Shown here: positions 57,799 through 64,000 of the stretch, piece by piece
Layout: every line of letters starts with the position of its first letter
Position numbering within the stretch: position 1 is the first letter of the stretch
From: Gammaproteobacteria bacterium UBA3067
Lineage (GTDB): Bacteria > Pseudomonadota > Gammaproteobacteria > Pseudomonadales > UBA3067
DNA length: 64,000 nucleotides
Direction: 5' to 3'
Assembly (NCBI GenBank): GCA_002366835.1
Contig: DFBZ01000147.1
Location: 13,649-77,648, forward strand
Notes under the pieces: generated by a model
What the model saw: the letters and a program-made list of their open reading frames with translations, nothing else
Databases searched by the model: none
What the model was told of the DNA's origin: nothing
Translations under genes and position numbers: made by a program

Positions 57799-58182
57799 TC
57801 AAATAGCAGACAAAGGCTTCAGGTCTGTCCATACCGCCAATTCATTGCCCGAAGGCTCAGTAAAGTGAAAACGACGGCCACCTGGAAAGCTAAAAATGGG
57901 CTTCACAATGATGCCACCGGCAGACCTTATATGCTCTTGGGTTTCTTCAAGATTTTCACTGTACAGCACAACAAGCGATGCGCCTTGAGCTGCGCTTGAA
58001 CACTGGTCTGACTGAAAAAACCCGCCATTAATTCCTGCTCCAGAAAACGCCGTATATTCTGGGCCGTAATCTTGAAAAGACCAGCCAAAAGCGCCTAAAA
58101 AAAAGCGCTTGGTTATCTCCAGATCCCGAGCGGGAAATTCAACGTAATTAATCTTTTCATGATTATTTCCATACTTTGACAT
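57799..58182 (-). CDS. VOC (glyoxalase/bleomycin-resistance/dioxygenase) family protein
   Basis: 127 aa with the typical paired beta-alpha-beta-beta-beta pattern (INYVEFPARDLEITKRFF.., GRRFHFTEPSGNELAVW). Confidence 0.78.
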   Translation of the reverse strand: MSKYGNNHEKINYVEFPARDLEITKRFFLGAFGWSFQDYGPEYTAFSGAGINGGFFQSDQCSSAAQGASLVVLYSENLEETQEHIRSAGGIIVKPIFSFPGGRRFHFTEPSGNELAVWTDLKPLSAI

Positions 58183-58218
58183 GCCTGCTCCCTATATTAA
58201 CAACCGCGTTTGGATTAA

Positions 58219-59031
58219 CTATTGCACCATCAGAACAGGGTATACCGCCGCCTTTTGGCCGTTCACATTGAGTGCTCTCATTTCAGGAACCAGCGCGCTC
58301 AGTGTTTCTGCCCTATTCCCTGATGAGGGATGGGTACTCAAAAATTCCGGCATCAATTTGCTACCCGCTTTTTGCATTTTAAGCCACAAGCTCACTGCAG
58401 CTTCAGGCCGATAGCCCGCCCGCGTCGCTATTTCGGTTCCAATGCGGTCTGACTCCGACTCAGAGGCCCGGCTGTTTGGTAACTCAAGCGCCAGCTTTGC
58501 TGCAAGCGCAGCTCCACTGAGTGCCAACTGGTTTTCTTCTGCCATCGCTGCCGCCGCAGTCAGGCCCATATTAATCGCCATGGCACGAGACATTCGCTCA
58601 GCAGTGTGGTTAGCAAGGGCGTGCGCAATCTCATGACCCATAATTTGCGCGACCTCATCATCGGTGAGTTTCAGCCCATCGATAATCCCAGTATAAATCG
58701 CCATGCGGCCACCAGCCATACACCAGGCGTTAACGGTTTTGGGGTCATCAATAATGGCCACACTCCATTTCCAGTTTTTGGAATGCGGGTACATCAAGGT
58801 TGCCGAAGTAATCAGTCGCCCGGTGATGGTTTGCACCCTTTTTACCACACGCTGATCTTTTACCAACTGGTTTTTCTGATCAAGGTCGTTCACCGTATTC
58901 AAATAGGCTTTTTCCGATTCCACAATGGCAGATTGCGGCGATATCAGCATCAGCTGTGACCGCCCTGTGGGGCTAGTGGTACACGCTGAAACGGTGATTG
59001 CCATAATAATTAAAAAGAAACGTTTGTTCAT
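58219..59031 (-). CDS. M48-family zinc metalloprotease lipoprotein
   Basis: Lipobox MNKRFFLIIMAITVSAC. Zinc motif MGHEIAHALANH, with ESESD further downstream. Confidence 0.85.
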   Translation of the reverse strand: MNKRFFLIIMAITVSACTTSPTGRSQLMLISPQSAIVESEKAYLNTVNDLDQKNQLVKDQRVVKRVQTITGRLITSATLMYPHSKNWKWSVAIIDDPKTVNAWCMAGGRMAIYTGIIDGLKLTDDEVAQIMGHEIAHALANHTAERMSRAMAINMGLTAAAAMAEENQLALSGAALAAKLALELPNSRASESESDRIGTEIATRAGYRPEAAVSLWLKMQKAGSKLMPEFLSTHPSSGNRAETLSALVPEMRALNVNGQKAAVYPVLMVQ

Positions 59032-59086
59032 TTTTATACTTTTCTCACAGAAAATAATTGGCATAAATAGTCGATATAAATAGGCG

Positions 59087-60367
59087 TTAATTCGAATAAA
59101 AAGATTTTAATATCTGATACAGATAATACCCATCTTTTGATCCCGCCAGCTCTCGAATCGAATGCATTCCAAAAGTGGGCACGCCCACATCGATAGTTTT
59201 CACCCCCAGTTCAGAAGCGGTAATGGGGCCAATAGTACTCCCGCAACCCAAATCAGTTCTCACCACAAAGGTCTGCAAGGGCACTGCTTCTTGTTCTGCA
59301 ATATGACGAAATATGGCCACCGTCTCACTGTTGGAGGCATATCGCTGGTTAGCATTTATTTTCACCACCGGCCCTTGATTTAAAACGGGGCCATGGTTGC
59401 CATCATGCTTATCAGCGAAATTGGGATGAACACCGTGGGCATTATCCGCCGATACGAACATGGAAGCCTGAATGCAACGCAGACGATCTTCAGGGTGAGG
59501 ACAAAGACGTTCTAATACCGACATCAAAAAGGGCCCTTGCGCACCACAGGCCGAGGCACTGCCCACCTCTTCATGGTCATTACACACCAGCAGTGCTGAT
59601 TCGTCACCGTTCAGGTCAAGCATTGCTTGCAGGCCAACATAACAGCTCAGCAAATTATCAAGCCTTGCTGCAGCGATAAAGTCATCCTTCAAGCCAATTT
59701 GACGTGGTGCCTGTGTGTCATAAAAAAATAGCTCATGTGCTAAAACCACATCTACATCACTAACACCCTGTTTCGCCATTTGCTCTTTTAATAAGGTGTT
59801 AAGATCGAACTGGTCTTCTTCTAACAGTGCAAGAACCGGTGGAATGTCTTTTTGCGGATTAACAGTGCGCTCTTTATTAGCGCTGCGATCAAGATGGATG
59901 GCTAAGCTCGGTATAACGGCAATGGGCTTCTCAAAGTTAAGCAGCGCGCTTTTCAGAACACCGGATGCATCACGGTACGATACGCGACCAGCCAGAGAGA
60001 GGTCTCGGTCAAACCAAGGGTTTAACAAAGCGCCGCCATATACCTCTACACCCAGCTGCAAATAGCCTTTGGATTGAACCGTCGGCTCAGGCTTTACTTT
60101 TAAACAAGGGCTATCCGTATGCGCGCCCACCATATTGAAACCTGTCTCCGACAGCGCACCCTTGCCAAGCTTAAAAGCAATAATGGAACTATCATTCCTG
60201 CATACAAAATAGCGCCCCCCGCTTTTCAGAGACCACGAGGCCCCTTCATCCAGGCCCTCAAACCCTGCATTAGTAAGCGCTGCAGCCATACTTTGTGTCG
60301 CATGAAATGGCGTTGGCGACTGTTGGATAAAATCAATAGCGCCTTGATTAAAGCTGGATAAACTCAT
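59087..60367 (-). CDS. apeB: M18-family aminopeptidase
   Basis: 426 aa with N-terminal [31 protein letters not shown], and MHS near the C-terminus. Confidence 0.88.
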   Translation of the reverse strand: MSLSSFNQGAIDFIQQSPTPFHATQSMAAALTNAGFEGLDEGASWSLKSGGRYFVCRNDSSIIAFKLGKGALSETGFNMVGAHTDSPCLKVKPEPTVQSKGYLQLGVEVYGGALLNPWFDRDLSLAGRVSYRDASGVLKSALLNFEKPIAVIPSLAIHLDRSANKERTVNPQKDIPPVLALLEEDQFDLNTLLKEQMAKQGVSDVDVVLAHELFFYDTQAPRQIGLKDDFIAAARLDNLLSCYVGLQAMLDLNGDESALLVCNDHEEVGSASACGAQGPFLMSVLERLCPHPEDRLRCIQASMFVSADNAHGVHPNFADKHDGNHGPVLNQGPVVKINANQRYASNSETVAIFRHIAEQEAVPLQTFVVRTDLGCGSTIGPITASELGVKTIDVGVPTFGMHSIRELAGSKDGYYLYQILKSFYSN

Positions 60368-60522
60368 CTCTTCTACCTCTTATTCAGACCTTTTCAGGGG
60401 AGTAATTTTCTCTCAGGCTGTATTAAAAAAGCCCTTACAAAAAACGTATTTATGCGACAGAACTTCTGACATATAATGTGGGGGATACCGTATAAAAACC
60501 AGCCTCTAAGCCGTAAACCACG

Positions 60523-61095
60523 ATGAAACCGATCCCCTCCACTGCAAACCAACTTATTCTAGTCGATTCCAACAATGCTTGTATCGGCTATAGCGAAAAA
60601 CTCACCTGCCATCAAAACGAAGGAATGCTACACCGCGCCTTTTCGGTATTGCTATTCAATAGCCAAGGAGAACTACTGCTTCAAAAACGCAGCCAACACA
60701 AAATGCTATGGCCCGGCTATTGGTCAAATAGCTGCTGCAGCCATCCCTACCGAGATGAACATATTCTGGCGGCAGCGCAACGTAGAACAACTGAAGAATT
60801 GGGTCTGAAATGCCCCCTTTATCCCATTTATGAGTTTGAATATTTCGCCAGGTATAAAGATGTGGGCGCAGAGCATGAGTTTTGCTCTGTGTTTGTAGGG
60901 GTCACTGACGAAGAAGCAACAGCCTGCCCCTTAGAAATATCTGAGCTTTGCACTTTGGGGGCAGAAGAAATAGACCACAAAATAAAAGATGAGCCTGAGC
61001 TGTTCACACCCTGGTTTAAAATGGAATGGCAGACCCTGCGCGAGCAACACTGGGGTCAGATTGAGACACTCATATCCACACGTATCGCCTGCTAG
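60523..61095 (+). CDS. idi: Isopentenyl-diphosphate delta-isomerase, type 1 (Nudix)
   Basis: LHRAFSVLLFNSQGELLLQKRS..K..WPGYWSNSCCSHP and the Nudix box ..RRTTEELG.. are collinear with E. coli Idi. Confidence 0.87.
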   Translation: MKPIPSTANQLILVDSNNACIGYSEKLTCHQNEGMLHRAFSVLLFNSQGELLLQKRSQHKMLWPGYWSNSCCSHPYRDEHILAAAQRRTTEELGLKCPLYPIYEFEYFARYKDVGAEHEFCSVFVGVTDEEATACPLEISELCTLGAEEIDHKIKDEPELFTPWFKMEWQTLREQHWGQIETLISTRIAC

Positions 61096-61113
61096 TCTAC
61101 TGTAGCTCATTCA

Positions 61114-61794
61114 CTAAAAAACCAAGGGAGCTTGCTCACACGTCCACCTAGGGTATTTTTTCATTACCTCATTAAACAAAGGCAAATCCAGCAACTGCTG
61201 CAACCAGTCCTGTAATTTTTTATATTCTGATTGATCAAACCAAGGCTTATCAACATGGGCAAACTGGCGAATAAAGGGGAAAATCGCCATATCTGCCAGA
61301 GAAATTTTATCCCCCACTAGATAAGTGCTTTTATCCAGCTTTTCTTCTAATTGAAGCAGAAAGCCCTCCCCCTGCTGGCGATAAAATTCTATAGAACACT
61401 CGGGAAAACGATCGGCATATTTATATTTATCTAACCACGCTTTAAATTCCGTATCGTTAAAATTGATTAGACGAAACGTCTCTTCTTCATCGTGTTCATT
61501 AGAGGGCAACCAGCTTTGTGGATCATGCTGTTTAAGCGCCCACAGCATAATATCTAGACTTTCATCCACTACAGAACCATCGGGCAACTGCAAAACAGGC
61601 ACCGTGCCTTTCGGTGAGCACAACAGCATTTCACTTGGCTTATCGGCAAGCACTACTTCCCTCAGCGCTACTTGAATGGTGCTGGCTTTCACCGCAAGCC
61701 GTGCACGCATGGCATAAGGGCAACGGCGAAAAGAAAATAAAATGGGTAATTGGCACATATTCATTAAAAAATTTCTGATTAAAATAGGTAGCAT
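61114..61794 (-). CDS. Glutathione S-transferase-family protein
   Basis: Thioredoxin-like N-terminus (ILFSFRRCPYAMRARL, GTVPVLQL) followed by a helical C-terminal domain. The true start is probably an internal Met (61764 or 61758). Confidence 0.72.
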   Translation of the reverse strand: MLPILIRNFLMNMCQLPILFSFRRCPYAMRARLAVKASTIQVALREVVLADKPSEMLLCSPKGTVPVLQLPDGSVVDESLDIMLWALKQHDPQSWLPSNEHDEEETFRLINFNDTEFKAWLDKYKYADRFPECSIEFYRQQGEGFLLQLEEKLDKSTYLVGDKISLADMAIFPFIRQFAHVDKPWFDQSEYKKLQDWLQQLLDLPLFNEVMKKYPRWTCEQAPLVF

Positions 61795-61809
61795 AACGAA
61801 TATTATCGT

Positions 61810-62406
61810 TTATAGCTTGCTCAAGTAATTCCGCTCAAACACCTCTGCGCCCATGAAACTAATCTGTTTATCTATCATAAAATCCATAGTGTGCAGCAAG
61901 GGCAAATACTTTTTTTCATCTTGCTCTAAAAACGTCAAACAATGCACAATGGCTTCGACAGTAGATAACGACGCCTCAAACTTAGACTTCCGAATACGAT
62001 AATGCGAAGCCTGATCAAGTTGCAACCCCACCCTGGGCAAAGCGTGTAACTCTGACGACTCCATCAACATACGGTGGCTCTTCCGCCAACTCGCATCCAT
62101 AAAAACCAGTGTCTGAGGAACCCCTCTATCCAAGGCATCCAGCGTATCGGCGCCTTCCCCGGGGTAAACCAACACTGCCTGTGAAGCATCCATTGCCATC
62201 GACTGCAAGGTAAAGGACTCACCAACCTGTAGCTGGCAATGGCTTAAACTCAACGCCGCGATGGCTGCCGTTCCAATAGGGTGCTTCGTCTCTCGCGGGT
62301 GCTGCAGAATATGTACCGGCCAATGATTATCAACCAATTGAAGTGTGTGGCAGTAACACACGGATGAAGGGCGCTTACAGCGTAAACAAGTGGATCGTTT
62401 TTTCAC
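61810..62406 (-). CDS. tapT: DTW-domain tRNA-uridine aminocarboxypropyltransferase
   Basis: N-terminal Cys cluster CLRCKRPSSVCYC and a DASW (DTW-type) motif in VFMDASWRK. 198 aa. Confidence 0.78.
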   Translation of the reverse strand: MKKRSTCLRCKRPSSVCYCHTLQLVDNHWPVHILQHPRETKHPIGTAAIAALSLSHCQLQVGESFTLQSMAMDASQAVLVYPGEGADTLDALDRGVPQTLVFMDASWRKSHRMLMESSELHALPRVGLQLDQASHYRIRKSKFEASLSTVEAIVHCLTFLEQDEKKYLPLLHTMDFMIDKQISFMGAEVFERNYLSKL

Positions 62407-62453
62407 AGAAACCGTAGCCTCAGATTAGACTATACAAGGCCGCACCCTAACAC

Positions 62454-62624
62454 CTATTCATCTTTTTTATTAATCGTCACTTCAAGATGCTTGGCCCCAT
62501 CGGCAAACCACTTCTGCACATAGAGCGTCCCGACGACTGGCGCTTTCCCCGGCTCTGGCACCTCTTGATAACGCACGCTGTTTTTGGTTTCTTTTTCATA
62601 CTCAAATATTAACGTCGTAGACAT
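62454..62624 (-). CDS. Small hypothetical protein (56 aa)
   Basis: ATG preceded by GAGGGAAGT. The composition is non-repetitive and beta-rich. No family was recognised. Confidence 0.4.
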   Translation of the reverse strand: MSTTLIFEYEKETKNSVRYQEVPEPGKAPVVGTLYVQKWFADGAKHLEVTINKKDE

Positions 62625-62752
62625 ACTTCCCTCAAACAAAGCCACTAAATCATATTAACGAAAGGACCACACTCTGGCGAACGAAGTCATTTAGCATATC
62701 CTTACATTTACCCCGAAGCTGACAGAAAAAAGAACCGCTGACGCACTGAATT

Positions 62753-62998
62753 CTATTTATACTCACCCCAAGGGGAGTTCTTATCAAAGTTGGATATATA
62801 CAAACTCTCAACTTTCGTTCTCGCCCACTGGGTCTTACGTAAGAACTTAAGTGATGACTTAATAGAAGGGTCATTCTTAAAGCAATTTATATCGATTTTT
62901 TGTGCCAGGTAATCCCAGCCATAGCGTTCGACTAGCCTGGTTACAACCATCTCAAGCGTAATACCATGCAATGGATCATTCGGTTGCTCATTACTCAT
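62753..62998 (-). CDS. VF530/DUF2132-family small DNA-binding-fold protein
   Basis: [61 protein letters not shown] matches the family as I remember it. Confidence 0.72.
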   Translation of the reverse strand: MSNEQPNDPLHGITLEMVVTRLVERYGWDYLAQKIDINCFKNDPSIKSSLKFLRKTQWARTKVESLYISNFDKNSPWGEYK

Positions 62999-63064
62999 AT
63001 TTCAAATACACCATCATTACTCTCAGTACGTAAGGGAGATAAGGCTTTTCTAAACGGGACAAAA

Positions 63065-63400
63065 TTCGAATTTAACTGAATTGAACAGGTTCAGCGGTCT
63101 TATTAAAAGCCATAAACCCTGATAAGTCACCACCATATTGTACGGTTTCCATCATCACTTTCAGCGCACGCTTGACCTCTGCGAAATCCGGAGCAACACC
63201 ATTTATACCGGAAAGACCCGCGACTAATACAATTTACCAATCTTGCTCCGTCTTCTCTGATTCCTCTACCAAGCCAGAGAAGTTATCCAGCTCTTCCAAG
63301 GCTTTATCTTACACACATAACAGCTTGTAAAGCACCACTTTCACCGGCCTCAAAATCACTTTTTCCCCTTCTTCATAATCTTTAGGTCAAGAAGCTTTTA
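63065..63400 (-). pseudogene. Gene remnant with in-frame stop codons (unknown family)
   Basis: One reverse-strand frame reads ..KDYEEGEKVILRPVKVVLYKLLCV*DKALEELDNFSGLVEESEKTEQDW*IVLVAGLSGINGVAPDFAEVKRALKVMMETVQYGGDLSGFMAFNKT... This looks protein-like but is broken by two TAA codons. Confidence 0.3.
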
Positions 63401-63571
63401 AAAAAACAAATAACTTGCAGATCAACTTGTTGCTGAGCTACTTTTAGAAGAGATTTATAGTCAGTGATACTAATATTTTATTCCTTCTGTATTTATTGGC
63501 GCTTTGATAAGGAGCTAACGTGGAATATGGAATAGCCTCAGAGACTATCGGGATCGAATTTGAGCAACTTT

Positions 63572-63838
63572 TTAGCTTAGCCTGCCTGAGGAGCTATTGT
63601 AACCGTCTTCCATAATCAATTTTTTGGCCTTTTCAATATCAAGCTCTTCTATCGGCAAGCTTAAATAATAGGGCAAAGACACAGCGCTCTCACTCAGCTG
63701 GACAAGCTTACCCTCTTCTAATCGCTCAATACCTGAGTGCAACATCTTCTCCAAATTAACCGGAGCTTGGTGATATTGCTTGCTCATAAAGTCGATCATT
63801 TGCTGAATTGTATGCTGGCCATCAGCGAGCGCGACCAC
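63572..63838 (-). CDS. PqqD-like small protein (possibly 5'-truncated)
   Basis: LADGQHTIQQMIDFMSKQYHQAPVNLEKMLHSGIERLEEGKLVQL follows the PqqD-family pattern (dG.ht..ei......y......v..dv..fl..L...glv). The upstream frame is broken by stop codons. Confidence 0.4.
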   Translation of the reverse strand: MVALADGQHTIQQMIDFMSKQYHQAPVNLEKMLHSGIERLEEGKLVQLSESAVSLPYYLSLPIEELDIEKAKKLIMEDGYNSSSGRLS

Positions 63839-64000
63839 AATACCTTGTTCTGGTCAGAGAGATGTACTTTTGTTTTAGAGGTTTTCTACAGACTCGTTAT
63901 CGAAGGGTTTACAGCCCGCATTATTTTTTCGTTCCGTTTTACGGATTTTGTTCAATGTGTTTCGAAAAACCTCCCAGTCAACCAGCTTATTTAAATTTTA

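Overview
This 64-kb window looks like chromosome from a Gammaproteobacterium. The aceE-aceF / ampD / DUF1631 / nhaA order and the dapC-arsC-dapD-ttcA-dapE-rlmA block resemble Pseudomonadales/Cellvibrionales-type marine bacteria; that placement is inference from gene content only. Most of the window is housekeeping: pyruvate dehydrogenase E1/E2, the succinylase branch of lysine/DAP synthesis, NhaA, a KefB-like CPA2 antiporter, idi, and peptidases. I saw no rRNA, tRNA or CRISPR array. Eight things stand out. (1) Three paralogous MMPL/RND-superfamily exporters, each next to a different envelope partner: a beta-barrel, a YjiK-like beta-propeller, and a LolA-like protein. (2) A small A/T-rich-looking islet carrying a Tat-exported superoxide-reductase-like protein and an ankyrin-repeat lipoprotein. 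It is bounded by imperfect direct repeats and followed by about 870 bp of gene debris. (3) A membrane-anchored tandem kinase-pseudokinase gene split by a single-nucleotide frameshift. (4) A GT2 glycosyltransferase fused to a sulfotransferase-like domain. (5) A lipoprotein with two Kazal-like domains. (6) Two MITE-like repeat families. One brackets a 3-gene cassette in inverted orientation and supplies the stop codons of two flanking genes. (7) A frameshifted PQQ-type beta-propeller gene next to a rhombosortase-like gene. (8) A repeat-expanded aceE-aceF spacer. All functional calls come from motif recognition by eye in the supplied translations. No database search was run.
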